In this document: one piece after another, positions 1 to 12,238 of the stretch | Layout of the letters: every line of letters begins with the position of its first letter | How positions within the stretch are numbered: the stretch's first letter is position 1 | Assembly (NCBI GenBank): GCA_010015805.1 | Contig: ML978123.1 | Coordinates: 1,240,001-1,304,000 of the forward strand | Reading direction: 5' to 3' | Origin: Rhizodiscina lignyota | Taxonomy: Eukaryota | DNA: 64,000 bases | Made by a program: the position numbers and the translations under genes | Notes under the pieces: generated by a model | Database searches by the model: none | Seen by the model: only the letters and a program-made list of their open reading frames with translations | Told to the model about the DNA's origin: nothing

Positions 1-165
1 CAAAAGTTGTGTTGTCTAATCAAGCTTCGTCTAGATCTTGTGTTCCGATCAAGCTTCCTCTTCCTCTTTCTTGTCCTATATTAATGGGCTCTTGGCACCT
101 CCGGGGGGTGAAGATCGAGTCGGCCTTCTCCTCCCTCTGCTGTTGCTCCTTGCATTTGCAATGCA

Positions 166-1832
166 TTACCAATCGTGCTCCAAGACCTCGCCAGCAACGC
201 TCTCCTTCAAGCCCGTGTTATCCGGCTCCACGAACGCTCGGACAACCTTACCATCTCTTACGCACAGGGCATATCGCTTGCCTCTCGGCCCGCCGAAGAT
301 CTTGCTCCCGTCGAAGGACAGTTCTAGCGCGTCGGTAAAGCCCAGCGACGGGTCAGCGAGGAAGCGGATCCCAGACTGACCACGGGGATCGAGTTGCGCC
401 GCCCAGGCTTTCATTCTGTGTTGGGAAGGCGGTCAGTATGTGTTTGCGACATGCGATAGCACTTTTTTTGCTGGAGTTCGGTAAGGGTTTCTCTGCTTCT
501 CTGTTTTCCAGGGAACCGGTTCGGGAGATTTCCCGAACATGGCAGACATGGGGTCAACATGGCGGGCTGGGGGTGCGGAGAGGGCCCTGAGGGCCAAGAA
601 AGCAGGGTCATGGGAATATAGAAAGACGAAGTTTTGGAAGGATTTGGGGAAGTTGGTTTGCGGAGGCATGGAGGAGGGTGCATGGGTGGAAACAGGCCAT
701 AGCGAAGCGAAGGGAGGAGGATAGGGAGGGAATAGTGCCTTGGCAGGACGGTAATTGAGATGGTTGTGGTGATATTAGTGCTAGGAGGATGGAGAGGGCT
801 TGGCAAGACGGGGCTGGAAGTGGTAATTCTGATGGATGCTCCCGATGCGGACATATTAGCTACAGTGGAATGACCTGGACGGACATGGGAGGACGGTGGT
901 GGAGGTTGGAGCGAGGCTTGGCGCGACGGGGTCGCAAAGGTTAGTCCCGGGTTGGAAAGAATTAGTGGGGACGGTGATGCAAGTAAGTCAGTAATTGAGA
1001 TGGATGCGGAGAGATTAGCGGCCGTAGCTGGCGCGCCAAGAAATAGGGGATGGTGTGATAATTGGCGGGCGCGTGTCCGCGAGGTGCGAGAGCGAGTGGA
1101 GTTGAGCGGAGAGATTGAGTGCAGCAGCACGTGGACATTCAAGGTACCAAAGTGTGTTATGACAGGGGCGTCGTATACAGCCGTCCAGAAGGCTTGGAAG
1201 AACAGGGACAGACAGAAATAGAGCGCCTCGGTGGGCGTCGTGATCACGGGTCTGACAGATTGGGAAAGGGGCCATGGAATGGTTTGAGAGAAGGAATGAG
1301 GTGCGACATGAGATGGGCCATGGAGGCACGGTACGCAGCAGAGAGAACGGAAGTTCGGAATCTGAATGGCAGGGGCATCGTATACGAGGCAGAGAGAAAC
1401 TTACACGAAAGGGTCGTTGACTGCAACGACAAACACGTCGCCTGCATCTCTGAGCTTGGACGCCTTGAGGTAGGAGGGTATGTGACTTTCAGAGCATGAA
1501 GGGCCTGCAGGAAAAAGTATCTCAGTAAATGGTCTAGATTAGGACTCGGAATAGACAACTGCCGTCACAGCCAGCCACAGCAGGCAATTGTCTCCAAGAG
1601 CAGGTCAATTGGACTTACTGAATGCTGCAGGAACGCCGATGATGAGGCCTTTGCCCTTCAGGATCTTCGACAGATTGGCCTTGTTGCCCGGCGAGCCCTC
1701 CATCAGCTCGACATCTGGAATTGCGTCGCCCACCTTGACAAAGGCGCGGGCAGAGGAGTGGAAGAGAGAGGCGCATTGCGCGCGAGGGACGAGGCGCTGG
1801 CCGGTGGCGATTGCGCGCCTGAATGCAAACAT
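166..1832 (-). CDS. PRX5: Mitochondrial type II (Prx5/Ahp1-like) peroxiredoxin; exons 1832-1619, 1504-1405, 415-166
   Basis: Spliced translation MFAFRRAIATGQRLVPRA (presequence-like)...KVGDAIPDVELMEGSP...GVPAAFSPSCSESH (peroxidatic Cys)...VVAVNDPFVMKAW...IRFLADP...KRYALCVRDGKV. GTAAGT donors at 1618 and 1404; CAG acceptors ending at 1505 and 416 keep frame. Confidence 0.92.
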
Positions 1833-3757
1833 GGCTGCTGGAATATGTGCGGTCACCAGTGCAGAGCAGTGTGAGCAGGTCGCGGTTGAATTAGGCTCAC
1901 GCTGCGTTGGGTGCTGGAGGCGTTGTGGAGGCGTGCTGCCAGATGCTCCAATCGATGCGGAGAGGGCTCGAGCGGCGCCGAGAAATAGGGCTCGTCTATG
2001 AACGCATCTCCCTCCCACCTACGCAGAACTAGGTAGGTGACGAGACCGGATACACTACTGTAACGCCTGTCTCGGCGCTGCGGTTATCGAAGATCTGACG
2101 AAGCTTCCACGCTTTTTGTCATTCTGCCATTTTGTCATTGCCGTGGAAACTGAGTGATTGTTCGCAGTGCGGCAGTTCAATGGCCCTTTCGTGCAGGAAG
2201 CTCCCTTCCCATCCATCGGTACACCTGTCGTGCCTGTACTTTCTTACCGTGAGCAGCGCCAAAGATAGCAGCGATCGCCGCCGGGGATATTGAGCGGCAA
2301 ACGGCAGCGCGCTCGAGAGGGTCAGCAGCGATGGCCCTCGGCCTCACAGTAGTGAAGGTCGATATGAGACTCATTCCAAATGATTTGGCGAACAACCACG
2401 CCTTGCTGCACAATACGAGCAACAACGCGACCTGCTGTCTCCAGGGAGCACCTAATCTTCGCAGGATTGCCTGCTGCATCAGGCTGTCGATTCGGGTGCA
2501 AGCTCCGGGCGCGGCCAGTGGTGCTGCTGGCGATCGAGAAACGCAAGAACGCTCGCTTGCCCAGCTTCTCCTCGCGGCGTGCATGGCTCTGCAGCTCTGT
2601 GCTACAGCTGCACAGGAATAGGCGTGGGGAGCGAGGGCGTCAGGACGAGGGCGGGCAGGCAGCGAGTGCTGAGGATGCTCGATTAAGGCAAGCCGGCTCT
2701 AGCAGTATAGCTCTGGCAGCTGGCTCCATCCCAATCCCGTCGCGCTGGTAGAGGCCAGGGAGTGCTTCGCTGCAGCGACAGGCATGCGCTGCCTCGCGCC
2801 ATTACTGGCCTGCCTGGGACCTTATGGCGATGGATAGCGCCGGCTTGACATCACAGGCACTTGTCGTCGCTGATTTGAGATGCGACAGATGCTGCACTCC
2901 TCCACACGGCGCCCGGTGGCGCTCGCTGCGCGCTTCAAATGGATCGATTCCTATTGCTCCCCTACCGCCTTCAGCTAGTCTCATCTTCCGAACGAGGCGC
3001 TTCTCCCGCTGCTCTCGCTGCGCTTCCTGTCCTGTCCACTCCTGGCCCTGCCCGTCCCGAATTCGCCATTGATTGCCCACGCTGCTGCTCTCCCTATGCA
3101 CGAGGAGCAGCGTGAGGAGACACACGCACATTCCCCCGTCTCGGAAAAGCCAGAGGCAGCTTCTTACATATTCCATCCACCCAATATCTTCTCCTTGCGC
3201 CGACGTTCCGCCACAACTGTCTTCATCTCGCCGTTGCGAACGTTGCTGTTCCTGTGTTGCCCAGCGCGCGCGCCCGTTGCCAATTCAATCTCCCTCATAC
3301 GTGCTTTTTGGTACGCTCACCACGCTATCGCCCGCCGCGCACCCTCGGCCACGCACCAATCGCGTTGGCGGCCGCGCTTTGTTCATTCGCCGCTCCTCGC
3401 TTGAGCCTCTCCCGGTGCTCGCGCGCTCCTCACCATCTCGTGCCGGATCCTGATCAAATCCTGCTGCGCTCACCACTGCTTCCCTGATCGCCGCGCACAA
3501 TCCCACAGAGCCGCACTTCGACAACCCGTCTCTCACCACCATCCATCGCCCGGAGCATCTTCGCAGCTGTACATACTTCACCACGCACACAGCGGCTCGA
3601 TCCGGGGATAGCCTTGCTTCGACCGTGGTTCCGGGCGCGCTGCTCCTCCTGCTGGCTCCCGCGTCCTCTCTCGACCAACTCCCGACCGCACTTCTAGACT
3701 CCGCCAGGAACAGGAAAAGCAACGCATTGCAGTTCCGTCATCCGTCCGCTCGCCATC

Positions 3758-6110
3758 ATGGAGCAAGGAGGCGGCTCAGCAAACAACTCGAGCGATTTTG
3801 TAAGTTTGCGCATGTGAACGATTGCGGTGCGGAGAACGTGCGCTGACGTCTTTCCACAGGTTCGCAAGCTGTACAAGTACGCACATCGCCACAGTTTCAC
3901 CAGCCCTGTCAATTGTCGCATGTCCTAATAATTATTGCAGAATGCTCGAGAGCCCACAAGATGAGAATGTCGTACGGTGGGGCAACGAAGGCGACTCATT
4001 CGTCGTTCTCGAGGTGCGCAGCGCATTATCAGCGATACGAGTCCAATCCAACTAACGCTTCGAGCAGAATGAGAAATTCACCAAGCACATCCTTCCAAAA
4101 CATTTCAAGCACAGCAATTTCGCAAGTTTTGTACGGCAGCTGAATAAATATGACTTTCATAAAGTCCGGCACAACAACGAAGAGAGTGGGCAGTCACCAT
4201 ATGGGCAAGGCGTAAGCACGGTTGTATTGCGCGTAGAGATCGCTACTCACGAGTCGTAGGCATGGGAGTTTAAGCACCCCGACTTCAAGATGAACAACAA
4301 GGAAGCACTCGACAATATCCGACGGAAAGCGCCTGCGCCGAGAAAACCGGGCCCCGCTGGAGAAGAATTTGTACCATCGCAACAGATGGACATGTTCAGC
4401 AGCCAATTGGTTGCCACGCAACAGCAATTACAACAGCTCCAGGCGCGATACGAAGAGCTCAGCATACACCATTCTATGCTCCTGCAAGAACTGATTGGTC
4501 TGCAGAAGACGGTGGTGAACCACGAGCACGTCATGCAAAATGTCATGAGCTTCTTACATTCCGTAGATGCTCAGAGGAGAAGAGACAGCAGGGTGGTGAA
4601 TCCTTTCCAGCAACCGCCAGCTACGAACGGCGCAACAGTGGACGGCGCATCGCAAGCGCAACATGCACAACAAGCGATAGAGGAAGATGTGCCGGCCTCG
4701 CCACTTCAGCATGCCACGAAACTGCTCAGCGAGACTAATGTCGATAACATGCTCAATCCGAAGACACTGGAGCACATGAACGAGCTCACGATGCGCATGA
4801 ATGGAACTTTGACAACCCCTCCCCCTGACTTTGTTCGCCAAAGACCAGCTAGCAGAGGGCCGCCACACTCCGCCAGCTCGTCAGGATCAATGCGAATGAA
4901 CGAGTTTGACAACTTGGTCTATCCAGTAGGACATACTCAAGGCATTGACCCAGCTTACAGCGAGCACATTCACAACATCCCTTACACAGCTCCTCCACGA
5001 CCGGACGTGCAGGCGCAAGCAGCGCCAGCAGGCCCCATCGATACGCGAAAGAAAAGCACTCAGATGGATCCAGGCTGGGTAAGGCAGCCTCAGATTCTCC
5101 TGGTTGAAGACGATCAGACCTGCAGGCGGATAGGAGGGAAGTTCTTGTATGCTTTCAACTGCTCGATCGACAGCGCTGTACGTCTGCCCGAACATCAAGT
5201 TGTATTATCGCTAATGCCCGCCTAGCTCGATGGTCTTGAGGCAGTAAACAAGATGAATGCGGGGTCGAAATACGACTTGGTGTTGATGGATATCATCATG
5301 CCGAATCTTGATGGTGTCTCTGCTTGCCATCTTATCCGCCAGTTTGACTCCACGCCAATCATTGCAATGACGTCGAACATCCGCAGCGACGACATTCAGA
5401 TGTACTTCCAACACGGTACGCGCCAAGCACACACCTGCTCCGTATAAGGCTGACGCTAACGCTAATCAGGCATGAACGATGTCCTCCCCAAGCCGTTCAC
5501 CAAGGAAGGTCTCCTCATGATGCTCGAAAAACACCTCGCACATCTCAAAAAGCCCGGCGCCCTACCCACCGCAATAGCACCGCACGCCGATATGGGTGCA
5601 GTAGGTGCTTCACACATGCCCGCTCCTCCTGTACAACCGTTAAACCATCCTCACGCGCCAGCCAATCAAAGTATGAAGGATGACAACTCACCTTCCAAAA
5701 GCCCGGCAACTGGTACTACTGGGAGTAACTGGAACTCACCGAACCAAGTACCTGGTGTAAGTCCCGCTGGCTCCGCCATGACGGATGAGTACATGGGTGC
5801 CCCACCAAGTATGCAGGCACAGCATCCCGGCCCAGGGATGGGTAACGCGAGTCATTCATACGGCATGCCAGGAGGTATGAACGCAGGTATGCCTACGACA
5901 CCTGGCGTGCCTCCACCTGGCGCAATGGGCTACACAGCTGTACCTCAAGGGAGACCACCGCAGCCCATGCAGGGTCAAATCCCCCCGGGAGCGCATCGAA
6001 GGCAGATCAGTGAGATTAGTGGTGGCCCAGAGGAGAACGGAGGCGCAAAAAGACAGCAAATATACGCACCACAGCCGTTGCAGCAGATTGGCCAGATGGG
6101 GAGGAGATAA
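3758..6110 (+). CDS. SKN7: Stress response regulator Skn7/SrrA (HSF DNA-binding domain, coiled coil, receiver domain); multi-exon
   Basis: SDFVRKLYKMLE...[38 protein letters not shown] (HSF). [50 protein letters not shown] (receiver with phospho-Asp). Confidence 0.95.
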
Positions 6111-7074
6111 TCTTCTATGTTTCGAAATAGGGTTGGGAAGAGGAGGAACGATCGCTCACGACACTGATATCCACAAGATAAGAAGGCGCATTTGGGAGTT
6201 GAATATGAGCTTTTGCAAATCTCGGGGGTTTGTAAATCTAATGAGCCGCGACTCGATCGCGAGGCGATGCCAGCTCTTACTGCCACTGTCGCATAGGACA
6301 TGTTGGCTGCTCATGGTCTTGGAGGACAAGGCCTCTGTGAGTGCGAAGGAGTAATACTTCGAATCAGCTTTGTTAGGGTAACTGCTCGTCTGTAGCTTGC
6401 CTGTTTTAGCTGCAATGAATTCGGTAGAGTTCACTCTCCGTGAATTCCAAAATGCATTGTCCAGTTGTACTGCCTTCAAGTCCCAGAGTACCTCCCCGCT
6501 AATGACTCAACTTCCATCGGCGCAAAAAAAATTCCCACGCTCATGGTTCTCCGCAATGCTCCATCTTCACAATTCCAAATCGACGTGAAATGCCTCAGTC
6601 TGAACCTGCATGCCGAGTCGGATCGCCCCATCGCGCATTCAGGAGGTCCATCCACCCAACACCTTGAAGTGACGTCCACTCAAGGTTTTCGCCTTCCCCA
6701 TCCCTCCGGTCCGCCGCTCGCAACATCCGGGATTCTAGAACCACAAACCAGCAACCCCCGTCGACCGCACAGCACCAAAAGCGACCCATCTCCGTGGCAA
6801 GCTACCCTCCTGCAAGTAATTTGCGGCATTTGGGGCAGTCGGCCGCTGCCGAAGCCGCTGCTAAACTTATTTTTTCGCTTTCGGATCCAGCGAGGCTGTA
6901 GAGTCATCGGATACGCTATCGACCTTCCACCGTGACGGTTCCGAGCACGCACACGTGCGTTGGCGAGAGTCTGGGAATAGGGCGCGCGAACGCGTCTGGT
7001 TACTGCACACCGGCTTTGTTGGGAAGGACGTACACGCGAGGCAGCACGAGTGACATACTGAAAGACCAGCGGAG

Positions 7075-9543
7075 ATGCCGCCGAAGGGGAAGAAGGGCGC
7101 TGAGAAGGGCAAGGCCGGTGGGGGAGAGGAGGAGAGGGAGGATCCGCTGCAGGCTGTGGTGAGTCTGCCCGATATTTGGATTTGAGTTTTGATGGGGATG
7201 GGCAGAGCGAGGATGGTGCAATTGAGTGTGACAGTGGGCTAACTGCTATCGCGAGACACAGATTTTGACGGATTCGTTTGAGACGAGGTTCCGGCCGTTC
7301 ACGATTGAGAAGCCTAGGGTGAGTACGCCGCTCTCTATAGCCATTGACGAAGAGCGTGGATACATGATGTTTGCTTTGGGCAATTGGACAACTGAGGCTG
7401 ATAAATCCTAGTGTCTCCTTCCGCTAGCAAATATACCACTCATCGAATACACCTTCGAGTTCCTAGCAAATGCGGGCGTCGATGAGGTATACGTTTACTG
7501 CGGCGCGCATACAGACCAAGTGGTGGAATATGTCGAGTATGTTCTCATGCTCCTTGAAGGAAGCACGGACGGGCACGCTGACATGCGAGAACAGACACTC
7601 ACGATACTACTCCTCTCCCTCTTCTCCGTTCTCCAAGGTTGAGCTGCTTCGCTCCACCTCGCGCTCCGTCGGCGATGCCATGCGCGACCTCGACAAGCGC
7701 AACATCCTCTCTAACGACTTCATTGTCGTCTATGGCGACATCATCTCCAACCTCCCTCTCGATGGCGCACTCTCCGCCCACCGCGCCCGCCGTGCGACAG
7801 ACAAAGGCGCGATTATGACTATGATCCTACGTGAAGCAGGCGTTCAACATCGCACCAGAACTGCTTCGTCACAACCCGTCTTCGTCATCGATCCAAAGAG
7901 AAATAGGTGTCTCCATTACGAGGAGATGGCGCCGCATTCAAAGGGCCGCAACAAGGTCGTGACTGTCGATCCAGACGTCCTGTTCACATTCAATGTTGGT
8001 GAAATCGACGTCCGTAACGACATCATCGACTGCGGCGTCGACATTTGCACGCCGGATGCACTTGCACTGTGGACCGACAACTTCGACTTCGAAGAGCCGC
8101 GGCGGGGATTTGTGTATGGCGTCCTGAAGGACTGGGAGCTGAACGACAAGCGGATATACACGCATATCATTGACGACCACTATGCCGCGCGCGTGCGGGA
8201 TCTCAAGAGCTATGATGCAGTGAGCAAGGACGTCGTGGGGCGGTGGGCGTATCCGCTCTGTCCAGACAGCAATTTTGGCCGTGGCCAGAGCTACAGGCTC
8301 AAGAAAGGCAACATTTACATGGAAGAAGGCGTCATCCTTGCGCGATCATGCGAGATCAGGAGGCGCACCGTGATAGGGCAAAATAGCAGTATCGGAGATG
8401 GGACTACTGTGGCGAACAGCGTGATTGGCAGGAGGTGCATGATCGGGAAGAACGTCGTCCTTGACGGCGCGTATGTATGGGATGACACGGTCATCGGCGA
8501 CGGCACAGTAGTGAGGCAGGCGATTGTCGCAAATGAGGCGCACGTGGGGAGGAACTGCAATGTCGAGCCTGGTGCGCTCGTAAGTTACGGCGTGAGGATT
8601 GCGGATGGATTGACGGTGAGAGGATCAAGCAGAGTGACGAGGATGAGGAGAGACAAGATCTATCCTTCTCCGGTCAGGGGAGACGCTGATCCGAAGATTG
8701 TGGGAGCGAAGGGGGATGGATTTGAGTTCGTCGATTCAGAAGAGGACGATGAGGACGATAGTTTTGTGCCGAACAGCCTCGGTGAGCTCCGTTGTCTGCC
8801 TGACTATGCAAGGGCAACGCTAACAATTAGAAGTCTACAACATGGCGAATCTCTCGCTCTCATCAGAATCAATTTCGACTCTGGACTCCGAAGACGACTT
8901 CTCCGACGAACCCACACCTCGAACAGACACCTCCGCCCGAGGCTCCTTCCTCTCCATTGCCTCAGACGACAGCTCTGGCGTACCCCATGGCGCAGGGGAC
9001 TTCCATCACGACGCAGCACAAAGCATATTTGACTCCCTCATCAAGGGAGACGAGTCAACCAACATGCAGCTCGAGCTCACGGCGCTGAGGATGAGCGCCA
9101 ACGCCACAGAACATCAAGTGCGACGCGCAGTCGTGGCAGCTTTCATGAAACGGGTGTCTCAACTTATCGAGTCCGGCACATCGCCCAAGCAAGCGGCCTC
9201 TCAGACGCTAGAACCGCACAAGACATTAATCAGCAGGACGATGTTCGACAAAGACAAGGGCAAGAAAGACGATCAGGTCGACTTCTTGCTCCTTGTCCAA
9301 GCTGACCTGGCACATAGGAGGGATGGAGAGAATGTGTTGGCGTTTGTCTGCAACGAACTCTATGATATGGAGGTGCTGGAGCAGGAGGGATTTGAGCAGT
9401 GGTGGGAAGATGGGAGGAGTAAAGAGGGCGAGGGGATGGAGAGGGTAAGGGCCAAGATGGGCCAGATGCTCGAGGCGTGGTTTGGGGATAGCGATGATGA
9501 GGACGATGACGACGACGATGAGGAGGAGGAGGATGATGAATGA
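7075..9543 (+). CDS. GCD6: Translation initiation factor eIF2B epsilon subunit; about 5 exons
   Basis: [54 protein letters not shown], left-handed beta-helix hexapeptide repeats (IGQNSSIGDGTTVANSVIGRRCMIGKN), and a C-terminal W2 domain (LELTALRMSAN...LYDMEVLEQEGFEQWW) with acidic tail. Confidence 0.95.
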
Positions 9544-10581
9544 GTGGCCGGTCGTTGGAAAGCTCTTGGCGGTAGTTGAAGATATCCCATGATACCCAAA
9601 GAGGATTGGGCACCTGTAAAGTAGGTGGTGTGCACTGTACTACTAGCGACAAACCTTGCACCGGCTCAGAGCAGAGCAGCATCCATTTGACGCGTAAACT
9701 TTCAAAAGGGGGCCGTGAGGGGGCATTAAGCCTTTGAAGCTTTAGATAGCTCAAGTGCTTTTATCAGTTCAAGGCAGCAGAATACAATATTCCAGTTGGT
9801 TCAACGCTGCCTAGTGGCCCGGACACAGGTGTGGGGGAAGGGATGCAGCGTCACAACAGTCAGGTGTGACTGGACAACACGTTGCCACCAGACGCTCTGC
9901 TCTTATAAATTCAAATTTGCAAAAACTCGTGCTCATTTACAACAGCGTGCCTGCGCGTGTCCTGCTTCACAATCACACCCTTGGAAGTTCACGCGCGCCT
10001 ACACTCATCACTCGTCACACCGTCTGCGTTCAGCCACTACCGTAGTGTAGACGGAAGGAGTGCACATCCCTGTCAAGCTCACGGCTGCCATGCGCCGAGC
10101 CTAAACCTGAACCTCTAGCATCCACCACCACTTCCATCCTCACCACCTCAACTACAACACACCTCTCCCTCTCTTCAAATCTGATCTAACCACTGGCCTT
10201 TGACTCTGCTCAAAATCTGCGCAAATTCAAAGTCCTCGTGCCAACACTCGGCTGACCAATCTCGCCACTCCGAAATCCACCCAGTCCCTTGAAGCTCCGC
10301 AGTTTAAGTGCCCCGTCTCGTCATCACACGAGACCCGGCACGCCTTCAAACCAACCACCACGTCTCCCGTGCTGCGGAAGCGTAAGGCACCGGCCGCTGG
10401 CAAGGGCGACTCAACAGACGCGTCAGTTCAAGAGCCTCCCGCGAAGAAGGCCGATAAGCGGATACCCACGTCGACCACGTCGTCATACCTCGCACCCCGC
10501 GTAAACACAGACGCCAAAGGCAAGGGCAAGGCAAAGTCGATCCTGGAGCCGGCGACACCAACGACGCTGGCAGATACATCG

Positions 10582-12238
10582 ATGGATTCCGACGATGAGT
10601 TCCACAGTGGCCAGAGCAGTGACGACTTCATGATAGACGATGATAGCGATACGGGTCTCCCAGAAGGTAGGGCTATACCGTCTCCCGAACGTGTTCCAAA
10701 CGCTTCAGCTAACAGGGATTTCACTAGATGATTCGGACATAGACGAGGTGGATATCGGTTTCGAGTCACAGGAGAAGATCACAAAGCCAGGCCGCAAGTC
10801 GTACGAAGTCGAGTTCAAAGTCTACTCCCCACAAGACATCCAGTCATACCAAGACAAGCAGATCGACGAAGTCTCGACCATCCTAGGCCAGCCTCCCGAG
10901 ATCACTGCAATTCTGCTACGTCACATGAGATGGAACAAGGAGCGGTTGATAGAGCAATACATGGATGCGCAGGAGCAGATGCTGGAGAACGTTGGCCTTG
11001 ACCAAGATATCGCTGGGCCTCCGAGGATCGAGACGAAGAAGAATTTCATGTGCGACATCTGCTGCGACGATCAGCCTGGCCTGGAGACTTTCGCGATGAA
11101 GTGTGGACATAGGTTCTGCGTCCCCTGCTACAAACACTACCTGTCACGGAAGATCAAGGAAGAGGGTGAGGCTGCTCGAATTAGATGCCCTGGTGAGGAT
11201 TGCAACCGCATCGTTGATTCCAAGTCCTTGGACTTACTGGTGGCGACGGATTTGAAGGAACGGTGAGCTTCTTCGAGTGTGCCAATATATGTTATGGTCC
11301 ACTAACAACATCCTAGATACCAAGAACTACTCACTCGGACATATGTTGATGACAAGGAGAACCTCAAGTGGTGCCCCGCGCCCAACTGCGTATACGCCGT
11401 TGACTGTGGTGTCAAGCAGCGCGACCTTCTCAAAATCGTCCCCACTGTGCACTGCGATTGCGGACACAATTTCTGCTTTGGCTGCACACTCACAGATCAT
11501 CAGCCCGCACCCTGCGCGCTCGTCAGAAAGTGGCTCAAGAAGTGCGAAGATGACTCTGAGACTGCGAACTGGATCTCTGCGAACACAAAGGAATGCCCGA
11601 AATGTCGTTCTACGATAGAGAAGAACGGTGGTTGCAACCACATGACGTGCCGCAAGTGCCGACACGAGTTCTGCTGGATGTGCATGGGCGTCTGGTCAGA
11701 GCATGGCACAAGCTGGTACAGCTGCAACCGATACGAGGAGAAGAGCGGATCCGACGCTAGGGATGCGCAGGCAAAGTCCAGGCAATCTCTGGAGAGATAC
11801 CTTCACTATTACAACCGCTATGCCAACCATGAGCAGTCCGCAAAATTGGACAAGGATATCTACATCAAGACCGAGAAGAAGATGTCACAGCTTCAGAACT
11901 CTTCTGGCATGTCCTGGATCGAGGTTCAATTCCTAGAAGAGGCATCGAGGGCCCTTCAGCAATGCAGGCAGACGCTAAAGTGGACGTACGCGTTCGCCTT
12001 CTACCTAGCGCGCAACAACCAAACGGAAATCTTCGAGGACAACCAGAAGGACCTTGAGATGGCCGTTGAGAACTTGTCCGAGATGTTCGAGAAACCTGTG
12101 GACCAGCTGGCCAAACTCAAGGTCGACATGCTGGACAAGACGACATACTGCAACAAGAGGAGGGTCATCCTCCTCAGCGACACTGCGGACAATCTGAAGG
12201 CTGGCAAGTGGGAGTTCAATGTGGAGCTTACGGGCTGA
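10582..12238 (+). CDS. ARI1: Ariadne-family RBR E3 ubiquitin ligase (ARI1/Hel1); 3 exons
   Basis: Acidic MDSDDEF start, RING1 (CDICC...CGHRFCVPC...CPGEDC), IBR (WCPAPNC...CDCGHNFCFGC), RING2 (ECPKC...IEKNGGCNHMTC) and Ariadne domain (LERYLHYYNRYANHEQS...LKWTYAFAFY). Introns ~10667-10727 and ~11263-11316. Confidence 0.95.

Noticed and set aside
2177..3722. Numerous 70-145 aa ORFs between the peroxiredoxin and SKN7
   Set aside because: GC-rich promoter/leader DNA; Arg/Ala/Ser-rich translations in all frames with no family motifs.
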